Source: Thermodesulfobacteriota bacterium (GTDB lineage: Bacteria > Desulfobacterota_D > UBA1144 > Nemesobacterales > JAJCZQ01). Taken from it: 64,000 nucleotides of DNA. The stretch spans positions 278,440 through 342,439 of the forward strand of contig CBDBDR010000017.1 of the NCBI GenBank assembly GCA_965203965.1, in the 5' to 3' direction. The notes under the pieces were generated by a model. It made no database searches, had not been told where the DNA came from, and saw nothing but the letters and a program-made list of their open reading frames with translations. Within the stretch, counting starts at the first letter, position 1. The number at the start of each line of letters is the position of its first letter. Made by a program: the position numbers and the translations under genes. Below are positions 41,893 to 51,026 of this stretch, in pieces.

Positions 41893-42290
41893 CCCACCAA
41901 TTCTTTATAACTTAGTTTTTTTCCGAGCAAGTCGTTAATAATTTCAGTAATTTGGTTCATAGTATCCAGAGGTCTCAAATTATGCCGACCCACGTACTCA
42001 TCAATATATCTTTGTAGATGCTTAACCGACATTTTATGATACACACCAATATAACCTCTTTTTAACATACTCCAGAAAGACTCAATACCATTAGTATGAG
42101 CTTTATCGTTTATATACTCACCAACGCTATGATTTACCGCAGTATGATCAAACCCCTTTTTACTCAACCCTTTATATCCCCTATGCTGAATTGCTTTTAT
42201 CAAGTAGTTTATAGTAAATTCTTTAGCAAGAAATATTTTTGTGTAATTGGGTATATAACCCCCCTTAATATACAATGTTAGTTCATTCAA
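41889..42290 (-). mobile_element. C-terminal fragment of an IS1595-family (ISXO2-like) transposase; an IS remnant with no N-terminal half
   Basis: …HTNGIESFWSMLKRGYIGVYHKMSVKHLQRYIDEY… matches the DDE_Tnp_IS1595 C-terminal region. Full transposases are ~300 aa. Confidence 0.6.
41936..41960. repeat. 25-bp exact direct repeat, copy 2 (identical to 37340-37364)
   Basis: Exact match read from the sequence. Confidence 0.7.
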
Positions 42291-42304
42291 TCGTGTAAAG
42301 AGAT

Positions 42305-43321
42305 ATGAAAGTAGGTGTTACCGGAGCAACTGGTTTTATAGGTGGAAAATTATTAAGAAGATTGCTGGGTGAAGGTCACGAGGTTAAATGTCTTGTAAGA
42401 GACCCGCAAAAAGCTAAATCTATTCAAGAACTTGGAGTAGAGTTATACGTAGGAGATTTAGCTGACCCAGAAAGTTTAGATGATTTTCCGCGGGATTGTG
42501 AATACGTCTACCATGTTGCCGCATTTGTATCTGACTGGGGCAGCAAACATGATTTTTATAAAAGCAACGTTCAAGCCACCAGATCCTTACTTGAGGCTTC
42601 TGAAAATCATAATGTGAAGAGGTTTATTTTCGTTAGTTCATCCACCGTTATCTGGAACGTGAGCTTCTGGAGAATGCACAATCTTGAAAACATAGATGAG
42701 ACGTATCCATACCCACGAGAATACACTGACTCATATAACGAATCCAAAAGTATGGCAGAAAAGCTGGTGCTTTGTTTTCACCGTAAAAGCAAACTGGAAA
42801 CGGTTGTAATAAGACCTTCAAATGTATGGGGGGCAGGTGATACAGTAATTTTGCCAAGAATTATCAAGGTGGCAAAAAAGGGAGTTTTGATACCTATGGG
42901 TTCCAGAGAAAACATCATAACGCCCTGCCACGTTAATAATCTTATTGAGAGCCTTATTTCAGTAACAACAAGCGATAACGTGGCGGGAAAGATTTATTTC
43001 ATCAATGACGGAAATAAAGTTAAATACTACGATTTTTTGCGGGATCAAATGAGTGCAGCCGGAATAAGTTGGGATCCCAAATACGCAATACCATATAAAC
43101 TGGGATACCTTGTTGCCTTGCTCTTGGAGCTAACTTACAAGTCCATTCGTTCAAAAACCCCACCCGTTCTGACAAGATTTGCCGTTGCGGCGCTATCTGG
43201 CACGCGGATCTACAGTATTTCAAATGCGGAGAGGGATTTCGGTTATAAAAGCGTTATTAGCTATTCGGAAGGAATGGAAAAACTCAGAGAATGGGTTGCC
43301 AATAAAGGTTTAGGAGATTAG
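42305..43321 (+). CDS. NAD-dependent epimerase/dehydratase (SDR superfamily)
   Basis: N-terminal GATGFIGGKLLRRL and a YxxxK motif (YNESK). Confidence 0.8.
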   Translation: MKVGVTGATGFIGGKLLRRLLGEGHEVKCLVRDPQKAKSIQELGVELYVGDLADPESLDDFPRDCEYVYHVAAFVSDWGSKHDFYKSNVQATRSLLEASENHNVKRFIFVSSSTVIWNVSFWRMHNLENIDETYPYPREYTDSYNESKSMAEKLVLCFHRKSKLETVVIRPSNVWGAGDTVILPRIIKVAKKGVLIPMGSRENIITPCHVNNLIESLISVTTSDNVAGKIYFINDGNKVKYYDFLRDQMSAAGISWDPKYAIPYKLGYLVALLLELTYKSIRSKTPPVLTRFAVAALSGTRIYSISNAERDFGYKSVISYSEGMEKLREWVANKGLGD

Positions 43322-44014
43322 GTGAGTAGAGACACTGCTGTCCGAGTGGGTGGATTGACCAAGTTTTACGGTTCCTCAAAGGTTTTGAACAATGTAGATT
43401 TGGAGTTGAAAAAGGGGGAATTTGCGACTTTTTTTGGTCCAAACGGTGCCGGTAAAACAACTTTAATAAAGATACTCTCAACTTTGGTAAGCCCCGATAA
43501 AGGAGAGGTCTATATAAACGGATGCAATTTGAAAAAAGAGCCAAGGGAAATAAGAAAAGTGGTCGGGGTTGTTTCCCACGAGCATTTTTTGTATCACAAC
43601 CTTACGGTGGCGGAAAACATGAGATTTTTTGGTGAACTTTACGGGATTTGCGATCTGTCTGAAAAAATAACCTTTAATCTTCAAAAATTAGGTATTTACT
43701 CTAAAAAGAAAGAGTTTGTGAGAAATCTTTCAAATGGAATGAAACAGAGGGTAGCAATAGCACGGTCTGTACTGCATGAACCTCTGGTTTTATTATTTGA
43801 CGAACCATTTGTGGGGTTGGATAAAGAGGGTATTTCTCTACTTATGGATATTTTTAAAGAATTCAAGCAGGATAACAAAACCGTAATTATTACAACGCAT
43901 AACGCAAGACTCGGGTTAAAAAACTGCGACACGGTTTTTATGTTAAATAAAGGCAGTGTGGAGTATACAAAACCCGCGAATGAAGTTGCAGTGGGTGATG
44001 TTGAAGGTAAATAA
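43322..44014 (+). CDS. ccmA: Heme exporter ATP-binding protein CcmA
   Basis: ABC ATPase (GPNGAGKTT, LSNGMKQRVAIAR) immediately upstream of ccmB/ccmC. Confidence 0.8.
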   Translation: MSRDTAVRVGGLTKFYGSSKVLNNVDLELKKGEFATFFGPNGAGKTTLIKILSTLVSPDKGEVYINGCNLKKEPREIRKVVGVVSHEHFLYHNLTVAENMRFFGELYGICDLSEKITFNLQKLGIYSKKKEFVRNLSNGMKQRVAIARSVLHEPLVLLFDEPFVGLDKEGISLLMDIFKEFKQDNKTVIITTHNARLGLKNCDTVFMLNKGSVEYTKPANEVAVGDVEGK

Positions 44015-44184
44015 TAGAGAAAGGTAGGGAGTAGCAAAGGATTGGCGATCAAGATTAATCCATACCAAACAAGCGACCCAGAACGTGCTTTCAAATCTGC
44101 ATTGCACTTTTAAAAATAAAAGCTAAATTAAATGTCATATATTTTACTTTAAACCCCTTTGTTTCTTTCACTTTTGTATAAAGC

Positions 44185-44856
44185 ATGAACAGTATTAAAA
44201 CCATTCTATGGAAAGATGTTATATGCGAGTTGCGAACAAGAGAGATGCTTTTCTCAATGGGAGCATTCTCGGTTGTGATAACTGTGCTTTTTAGCTTCAG
44301 TCTGACGGTAACAAGAGAAAATGCCGTTTTTATTGTTCCTTCTCTGTTATGGGTATCAACGATATTTGTTGGCACTTTAGGTTTGGGCAGAGCGTTTGCA
44401 ATGGAAAAAGAAAACAGCGCCTTTACGGGTATTCTGTTAAGTCCTGTTGACAGGAGTTTGTTGTATTTTGCAAAAGTTTTAAGCAATTTTCTGTATGTTT
44501 TTATAATACAGCTACTTCTGACCTTATTCTTTGTTCTATTTTTCAATATGGAGATCAAGGGTAGCTTTTTGAACTTGCTTATTGCATTCATTCTTGGAGG
44601 TATAGGTTTTTCATCGCTGGGAACACTTTTTTCCACAATGTCCGTAAACACTCGTCTGAGAGAAGTAATTCTCCCAATTATACTATTTCCCTTGCTTCTT
44701 CCCCTTCTAGTGAATGCTATAAATATAACCTCAGTTGTATTAGCAGGCGGTGCTTTTGGCGAAGTGATCCCTTCTATAAAAATATTGATCTGTTTTGATA
44801 TAATCTTTCTTGCTGCAAGTGCACTTGTTTATGAATACGTAGTGGAGGAAACATAG
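44185..44856 (+). CDS. ccmB: Heme exporter protein CcmB
   Basis: 223-aa polytopic membrane protein between ccmA and ccmC. Confidence 0.75.
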   Translation: MNSIKTILWKDVICELRTREMLFSMGAFSVVITVLFSFSLTVTRENAVFIVPSLLWVSTIFVGTLGLGRAFAMEKENSAFTGILLSPVDRSLLYFAKVLSNFLYVFIIQLLLTLFFVLFFNMEIKGSFLNLLIAFILGGIGFSSLGTLFSTMSVNTRLREVILPIILFPLLLPLLVNAINITSVVLAGGAFGEVIPSIKILICFDIIFLAASALVYEYVVEET

Positions 44857-44861
44857 ATCAG

Positions 44862-45527
44862 ATGGTGAGAATAACTCTGTATATATTGGCTTTGATACTT
44901 ATGCTCGCATCCACTTATGCGGCGTTTCTGTATGCTCCGACTGAATTAGTAATGGGAGATATACAGAGAATATTCTATTTTCATCTTGGCTCGGTTTGGG
45001 TGGCAACAATTGCTTTTACGATCGTGTTTATCTCAAGCATTGCCTATTTGGTAAACAGGGAACGGAAATGGGATATTATGGCTTATTCGTCTGCCGAAAT
45101 AGGTGTTTTGTTTATCACAATAACGATAGTAACGGGGAGCATCTGGGCAAAGCCTATATGGGGCACTTGGTGGACGTGGGATCCTCAACTTACCGCGACT
45201 TTTATATTGTGGATACTATACGTTGTTTACCTGCTGATACGTGCAAATTCAGATTATGATGAAAAAAGGGCTAAATACTCAGCTGTTTTTGCCATTATTG
45301 CGTTCATAGACCTTCCTCTGGTTTATATATCAGCAAGGGTAATGAAAGGTATTTCCCCGGTTGTATTTGGTCCCGGAGGGGGTGGGATTGAACCTAAAAT
45401 GATGCACACGCTCTTATTGACCTTGCTGGCTTTTACATTCTTATTTCTTGTTTTAATAGTAGAGCGGGTAAGAATAGAAAATATGAGATACAGAATTGAC
45501 TTATTGCGTAACAAGGAGGTTTCGTAA
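44862..45527 (+). CDS. ccmC: Heme exporter protein CcmC
   Basis: WWD-domain motif (WGTWWTWDPQLT) with flanking His residues. Confidence 0.85.
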   Translation: MVRITLYILALILMLASTYAAFLYAPTELVMGDIQRIFYFHLGSVWVATIAFTIVFISSIAYLVNRERKWDIMAYSSAEIGVLFITITIVTGSIWAKPIWGTWWTWDPQLTATFILWILYVVYLLIRANSDYDEKRAKYSAVFAIIAFIDLPLVYISARVMKGISPVVFGPGGGGIEPKMMHTLLLTLLAFTFLFLVLIVERVRIENMRYRIDLLRNKEVS

Positions 45528-45643
45528 TGGCATATCTTTTCTGGGGTCATGTAATAACTTGGATAATGGTAATTTTTTACGTGGTTTATTTGAAAATTAA
45601 GACAAAAAAACTTGAGCGTGAATTAGAAGATATTCAGGGATGA
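45527..45643 (+). CDS. ccmD: Heme exporter protein CcmD (38 aa, single TM). Not in the supplied ORF track; found by hand.
   Basis: ATG overlaps the ccmC stop (taATGg). Translation MAYLFWGHVITWIMVIFYVVYLKIKTKKLERELEDIQG. The size and position are typical of CcmD. Confidence 0.6.
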   Translation: MAYLFWGHVITWIMVIFYVVYLKIKTKKLERELEDIQG

Positions 45644-45655
45644 CAATATAAAGTA

Positions 45656-46075
45656 ATGTTAAAGAACCAGTTGAAATTTATTGTTGCGATCGTGATCATA
45701 GTGGGTGCTTTAAGCTACCTTGTATTTGCAGGCGTCAAGGAAACTATGGTTTATTACCTGACCGTAAGCGAGCTTGAATCAAAAACCCCTTCTATTTACG
45801 GTACAAGGGTAAGGGTTTCCGGTGTGGTAGTTCCGAACACGATTGAAAAGGGGATAGACGGCAGCATCAAGTTCCAGATAGCCGGTGGTAACCGTAGCAT
45901 CAACGTTTTTTACGACGGTATAATTCCGGACATTTTTAGAGATGAAGTTGAGGCGGTTGTGGAAGGGAAATATTTCAGCAACGGGGAGTTTCAAGCGGAC
46001 GTGCTTCTGGCAAAATGCCCGACAAAGTATGAGTCGGACGATCAGTTTTACGATCCGAGCAGGAAAAGCAACTGA
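45656..46075 (+). CDS. ccmE: Cytochrome c-type biogenesis heme chaperone CcmE, CXXXY variant
   Basis: N-terminal TM anchor and OB-fold. The heme-binding region reads …LLAKCPTKYES… (Cys in place of the canonical His of HXXXY). Confidence 0.8.
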   Translation: MLKNQLKFIVAIVIIVGALSYLVFAGVKETMVYYLTVSELESKTPSIYGTRVRVSGVVVPNTIEKGIDGSIKFQIAGGNRSINVFYDGIIPDIFRDEVEAVVEGKYFSNGEFQADVLLAKCPTKYESDDQFYDPSRKSN

Positions 46076-48051
46076 TGTGGCAAATAGGCAATGCCGCCCT
46101 TTATTTTGCTTTTTTCCTTTCTCTTTACACTGTTGTAGCATCACTTATAGGTATTCGGTTTAAGAACGGTAATATAATTGAAAGTGGCAAGAACTCCGCC
46201 TTATCAATTTTTATCCTCCTTTTTATATCCTGCGGTGCGCTTGTCTATGAACTGATAGATCTAAATTTTTCATTAAGATACGTTGTTCTGAATACAAGCA
46301 CGGATCTCCCGATAATATACAGATTTACGGCACTCTGGGCAGGTCAGGCAGGCTCGCTTTTACTCTGGGGATTTATTCTATCGGCTTATTCGGCTATAGC
46401 TGTTTTTAAGTTTGGCAAAAGAGGCTCGCTGTTTAATTCCCACTTTGCCGTGGTGGCATTTTCTATCCTCGCGTTCTTTTTATATTTGGTCACCTTTGTT
46501 GAAAATCCTTTTCAAAAAGCTCCTTTCACTCTTGATGAAGGAAGGGGACTTAATCCCATATTGCAGAACGGCTATATGGCTATTCATCCAGTTACCCTTT
46601 ATCTGGGTTACGTTGGATTAACAATTCCTTTTGCTTTTGGTATGGCAGCTCTAATGAGCGGAAAACTTGATGATACGTGGATAAGGAACTCAAGAAAGTG
46701 GACACTTTTTGCTTGGACGTTTCTCAGCATTGGTCTGGTACTTGGTGCAAGATGGGCATATCTTGAACTTGGATGGGGAGGTTACTGGGCGTGGGATCCC
46801 GTTGAGAATGCAGCTTTTATGCCGTGGTTATCCGCAACTGCTTTCCTGCACTCCGTTATGATACAGGAGAGAAGGGGAATGCTGAAGAAGTGGAACATGG
46901 TATTGCTTATAATTACGTTTTTTTTGACCTTGTTTGGAACTTTTATTACACGGAGCGGTATAATCTCGTCAGTTCATTCCTTTGCACAGTCTGATATAGG
47001 TCTCCCGTTTCTTTGCTTTATAGCATTTGTGCTTATTTTTTCATTTGCAGCTTTTACCTACAGACTGAAAGACCTTGATAGTGAAGAGAGTTTTGACTCT
47101 ATTCTTTCAAGAGAAAGTGCCTTTATATTCAACAACCTTCTGTTTCTCGGTGCTGCTTTTACGGTGTTTATTGGAACTCTGTTCCCAATTATTTCTGAGG
47201 CATTGGCAGGGGAGAAGATCCTTGTGGGGCCACCATACTTCAACAAGGTCAACGTGCCAATAGGACTTGTTCTCATATTCTTAATGGGAATTGGTCCGCT
47301 TATCCCTTGGAGGAAAGCATCATCGGATAGCTTGAAGAAAAACTTCTTGTTGCCGATCATAGCAGGAGTGTCAACGGGTGTGATCTTGTTTGTTTTAAAT
47401 ATTAGGGACGTGGTTGCGTTGGCTACGTTCAGTATTTGTGGTTTTGTTGTTTGCACCGTTGTGGTTGAGTTTTATAAAGGAGTTTCGGTAAGAATGAGCA
47501 GAAAAGAGAACGTGTTTACCGCATTTACAAAGCTGATCTCTAAAAATAAAAGAAGGTATGGAGGATATATAGTGCATATTGGTATTGTCTTGATAGTGAT
47601 AGGCATAACCTCATCATCAACCTTCAACGAGGAAAGGAAAGTAATTTTAAGCATAGATGAGAAGACTGAAGTCGGAAAGTATGAGTTGCAGTTCAAAGGT
47701 ATTGAGACTTATAATAACGATGCAAAAAATGGCACAAGGGCAAATCTGGAACTAAGCCATGGAGGTAACAGGATTGGAATGCTTTACCCTGAAAAAAATA
47801 TCTACAAATATGAAGGTAACAGGGAAATAAATCAGGAAACTGAAGTTGCACTGCGGTCAACGCTCACCGATGACCTTTATGTAATACTGTCTGATGTCAA
47901 CAACGATGGCAGCGTAACTATACGTGTTTTTATAAACCCGATGGTAAGTTGGATATGGGCTGGTGGAATGGTCGTGTTACTTGGTGCGATCACGACAATG
48001 CTTCCCGGCTTAAAAAGGAAAAGGGGAAATGTCTTGAAGCAGGGTGCTTGA
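46075..48051 (+). CDS. ccmF: Cytochrome c-type biogenesis protein CcmF (heme lyase subunit)
   Basis: 658-aa polytopic protein with a WWD-like region (…GWGGYWAWDPVENAAFMPW…). ATG overlaps the ccmE stop. Confidence 0.85.
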   Translation: MWQIGNAALYFAFFLSLYTVVASLIGIRFKNGNIIESGKNSALSIFILLFISCGALVYELIDLNFSLRYVVLNTSTDLPIIYRFTALWAGQAGSLLLWGFILSAYSAIAVFKFGKRGSLFNSHFAVVAFSILAFFLYLVTFVENPFQKAPFTLDEGRGLNPILQNGYMAIHPVTLYLGYVGLTIPFAFGMAALMSGKLDDTWIRNSRKWTLFAWTFLSIGLVLGARWAYLELGWGGYWAWDPVENAAFMPWLSATAFLHSVMIQERRGMLKKWNMVLLIITFFLTLFGTFITRSGIISSVHSFAQSDIGLPFLCFIAFVLIFSFAAFTYRLKDLDSEESFDSILSRESAFIFNNLLFLGAAFTVFIGTLFPIISEALAGEKILVGPPYFNKVNVPIGLVLIFLMGIGPLIPWRKASSDSLKKNFLLPIIAGVSTGVILFVLNIRDVVALATFSICGFVVCTVVVEFYKGVSVRMSRKENVFTAFTKLISKNKRRYGGYIVHIGIVLIVIGITSSSTFNEERKVILSIDEKTEVGKYELQFKGIETYNNDAKNGTRANLELSHGGNRIGMLYPEKNIYKYEGNREINQETEVALRSTLTDDLYVILSDVNNDGSVTIRVFINPMVSWIWAGGMVVLLGAITTMLPGLKRKRGNVLKQGA

Positions 48052-48080
48052 ACGCAGGGTGTTTAAACAAAGGGGGCTTT

Positions 48081-48374
48081 ATGTATACGATCGTAATATC
48101 GCTGATGTCCATTGTGATTTCACTTTACGTTATCCTACCTCTTGTAAGGGGTGGTATTTCACGCAGAGAAGATATATCGGTGGATGGTAAAGATAGTAAA
48201 AGGCTTTCCGAGTTGTTGAATAAAAAGGAAGTTATCATGAATGAGATCGCAGACGTTGATTTTGATCATGGACTGGGCAAGTTGAACCACGGAGACTACA
48301 AAGAAATAAAAAGTAGATATATGCAAAAGGCAGCAGAGATATTAAAGCAGATTGAAAAGATCAAAAAAGTGTAA
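48081..48374 (+). CDS. Small membrane protein (97 aa) downstream of ccmF; function unknown
   Basis: N-terminal TM helix (MYTIVISLMSIVISLYVILPLV) followed by a charged helical tail. No CXXC motif, so it is not CcmH/CcmG. Confidence 0.35.
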   Translation: MYTIVISLMSIVISLYVILPLVRGGISRREDISVDGKDSKRLSELLNKKEVIMNEIADVDFDHGLGKLNHGDYKEIKSRYMQKAAEILKQIEKIKKV

Positions 48375-48418
48375 TTTCACATAGAAATTAAACCCCGGTT
48401 CAATTTGAACTGAACATA

Positions 48419-49678
48419 ATGACAAAAAAAATATTCATAAACGGTATTCTGCTCTTACTTGCTTCATTTTTGCCTGTAAATGCCTATGCAGATGAATTGA
48501 GCGGCAAAAAGTTATTTGAGGAGAGACGTTGTTCAAGGTGTCACACTATAGGCAAGGGAATATTCGTTGGTCCAGACCTATATGGTGTAAGCGATAGATA
48601 CAGTGAACAGGAGATCATGGACTGGATCACTGGGCCGGAGACAATTTACCAAAAATTTGGTAGATCACCTGTAAACAAAGGTTACCCACCTATGCCCAAT
48701 TTGAATGTCTCGGTGGATGAGGCATCTAAAATAACCGAGTTTTTAATTGGCAATCAAATCGAGAAAGACAATAAAACGAGTGGAACGATAAAGGGCAAAG
48801 TCATCAATAAAACAGTGGGTGGGGGAGTTGAGGGTGTTGATGTGTATCTCAGGTTGTTCATGGGCGATAGGAAAATGGACGAAAAGCTGTCTATTTCCGA
48901 CAAAACAGGCGGGTTCATATTTGAAAACCTACCTTGGAACAGAAGCTACGGCATAGTAATAAGATCGGATGGCATTGAATACGAGACTGCAAGAATGGTT
49001 TTTCCATCGGACAAGACAGTGATTGACCTTGATCTACCGATCTTTAATGCAGGAAATGATGATTCAAATATAGTAATAAATGTCAATCATTACGTTATGG
49101 ATATTGAAGATGAACATATTGCCGTTGCCGAGATATATGAGTTTGAGAATGCAGGCGATACCATTTTCACGGGATTGAAGCAGGATCAACGAGACGACTT
49201 CAAAGGGACAATTAAGTTAAACGTGCCGAAAGAGGCAGAAGATCTGGCATTCAGGGAAGGTATCAGCCAAGAAAATTCCGTAAGAAAGGGTGAAGTGGTC
49301 TATGATACTGCCAGTTTTTCTCCAGGGAACAAAAGGTTAGTGTTTACCTATAAGCTGCCTTTGAAACTTGGAAGGAATCAGATGAAAAAAACCTTTTACT
49401 ATGATACAAGGTCTGCAGTTGTATTGGTGTCTGGATCAGAGAAAGTGCAAATAAGTGGTATGGAAGAGATGAAACCTATTTCATTCGGTGATCAGACCTA
49501 CCGTAGATGGTTTATCAGGGATATAAAACCAAGAGAAAACAACATAACAATAAGTTACTTCAACACCCACCTGCAATTTAAGAGAGTAGAGCTTTATCCA
49601 GTGATAATATTTGCACTCATAATTCTGTTGTTCTATCTATTCAGCCTGAGAGGTAAGAGGAAAAAGACGGACATATAA
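48419..49678 (+). CDS. Membrane-anchored mono-heme c-type cytochrome with a large beta-rich middle domain
   Basis: Signal peptide, one CxxCH (CSRCHTIG), C-terminal TM helix (LYPVIIFALIILLFYLF), 419 aa. Located next to the ccm operon. Confidence 0.7.
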   Translation: MTKKIFINGILLLLASFLPVNAYADELSGKKLFEERRCSRCHTIGKGIFVGPDLYGVSDRYSEQEIMDWITGPETIYQKFGRSPVNKGYPPMPNLNVSVDEASKITEFLIGNQIEKDNKTSGTIKGKVINKTVGGGVEGVDVYLRLFMGDRKMDEKLSISDKTGGFIFENLPWNRSYGIVIRSDGIEYETARMVFPSDKTVIDLDLPIFNAGNDDSNIVINVNHYVMDIEDEHIAVAEIYEFENAGDTIFTGLKQDQRDDFKGTIKLNVPKEAEDLAFREGISQENSVRKGEVVYDTASFSPGNKRLVFTYKLPLKLGRNQMKKTFYYDTRSAVVLVSGSEKVQISGMEEMKPISFGDQTYRRWFIRDIKPRENNITISYFNTHLQFKRVELYPVIIFALIILLFYLFSLRGKRKKTDI

Positions 49679-49712
49679 CGAAGGAAAGACTTTTTACGCT
49701 CAGTTTATTGTG

Positions 49713-50438
49713 TTAAATATCCCCGAGGCAGAATTGAATTATGGAAACAGAGGCTATTGATGCCGTTTCAGTCCTTAATGTTCTTGGACCCAGACTGACT
49801 ATTTTTATCCCCTGATCTTCTGACGCTTTTATCTCATCTTTTGAAAAACCACCTTCCGGTCCAATTATTAAACTTACAGTTGTGATCTTTTTATCAAAAG
49901 ATCCCAGAACTTTTTTCAGTTCAATATCACCGTTTTGTTTATCAAAAAGCAGGTTTAAGGCTTTTCTCGGCAGGTTATTGATAGTATCATCGTAACTTTT
50001 TGGTTCATTGATCTTGACTGGCAAACCTCTTCCTGACTGCTTGCATGATTCCATTGCGATCTTTATCCATCTTTTCATTTTATCCGTATGGCGGACAACC
50101 GTTCTTTCCGTGTATATCGGGGTAATGGATTTTACTCCAAGTTCACAACATTTCTGAACTATAATATCCATTTTGTTTCCTTTGATAATGGATTGAAACA
50201 AGTTGATATCCAAGTTGGATTCATTCTCTAATTTGAAAGAGTTATAAATTTCAACAGTTAATTTTTTACTTAAAATAATTTTGATAATTGCCTGATATAT
50301 AATGGAATTTTCATCAAATAATTCTATTTTCTGTCCTTCTTTAAACCTCAATACTTTTACAATGTGTCTATGGTTCTCTCCTGAGAGATCTACCAGTTTT
50401 CCCTTCACTTGTTTGCTTGATACTAAAAATTTAGGCAT
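49713..50438 (-). CDS. rsmE: 16S rRNA (uracil1498-N3)-methyltransferase RsmE
   Basis: 241 aa. N-terminal PUA-like region (MPKFLVSS…ENHRHIVKVLRFKEGQ) and a SPOUT C-terminus (…LIIGPEGGFS…). Confidence 0.85.
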   Translation of the reverse strand: MPKFLVSSKQVKGKLVDLSGENHRHIVKVLRFKEGQKIELFDENSIIYQAIIKIILSKKLTVEIYNSFKLENESNLDINLFQSIIKGNKMDIIVQKCCELGVKSITPIYTERTVVRHTDKMKRWIKIAMESCKQSGRGLPVKINEPKSYDDTINNLPRKALNLLFDKQNGDIELKKVLGSFDKKITTVSLIIGPEGGFSKDEIKASEDQGIKIVSLGPRTLRTETASIASVSIIQFCLGDI

Positions 50439-50581
50439 CTGGAATTTAGAGCATTTTAACTTTTGATACTGTAGTTAAAGCTGTTTGTTAGTATTACTTT
50501 AACTATTTTTCTTATTGTTTTAACTCATCAGAAAAAATTCGTGAGGAAAATTCCCCTCCTATGGAGGGGTGGCAGGCAGAG

Positions 50582-50615
50582 CCTGACGGGGTGGTATAAG
50601 AAAACAACACAAGCA
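50582..50615 (+). repeat. 35-nt element copy 1 (cctgacggggtggtataagaaaacaacacaagca), preceded by the ccccTCC-tat-GGAgggg hairpin
   Basis: Near-identical copy at 50815-50849 in the same orientation. Confidence 0.55.
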
Positions 50616-50814
50616 CTATGTTGAGTTTTTTGGAGGTAGTGGGCAGTGTTGCTCAACAAATTTTTGAACATTTTCAATAGATGCCGGTGTATTTCTGTTC
50701 TCTTTGTCTTCTTAAATTTGTTTGCCATTTTGTATTGTGGAGTGTCTAAGGATATTTAAGAATGTTTAAAGTAGTATTAAAAATGTCTAGTTTCTAAAAA
50801 CTACCCTGTCATTT

Positions 50815-50849
50815 CCTGACGGGGTGGTAAGAGAGAAACAACACAAGCA
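50815..50849 (+). repeat. 35-nt element copy 2 (cctgacggggtggtaagagagaaacaacacaagca)
   Basis: See copy 1. Both lie in a 590-bp gene-free region. Confidence 0.55.
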
Positions 50850-50868
50850 GAATATCTACAAATTGACA

Positions 50869-50923
50869 CTTTAAATGGGGTTTAAACGGCATTTAAACAG
50901 CATTTAAATATAGTTTAACTCAA
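50869..50923. repeat. Five tandem 11-bp-phased TTTAAA-core repeats (cTTTAAAtggg / gTTTAAAcggc / aTTTAAAcagc / aTTTAAAtata / gTTTAActcaa)
   Basis: Read directly from the sequence. Related to the array at 9580-9623. Confidence 0.6.
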
Positions 50924-51026
50924 TAGTTGATTTTTAAGTTTTTGATCTAAAATTTATAATAATATCAGTAAATAAAGAACATAAGTTATAGTTATTTATT
51001 CATTTTTACTTTCAAGCCATTGAGGT

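Noticed and set aside
50540-50640. Resemblance of GAGGAAAAUUCCCCUCCUAUGGAGGGGUGGCAGGCAGAGCCUGACGGGG to the RNase P RNA P4/J3-4 region (GAGGAAAGUCCGGGCUCCAUAGGGCAGGGUGCCAGGUAACGCCUGGGGG)
   Set aside because: The obligatory P4 3' strand (…ACAGAAnCCGGCUUA / a complement to the 5' strand) is not present anywhere in the 590-bp region on either strand. The element is also duplicated 230 bp downstream, which rnpB would not be. Kept only as an unexplained structured repeat.
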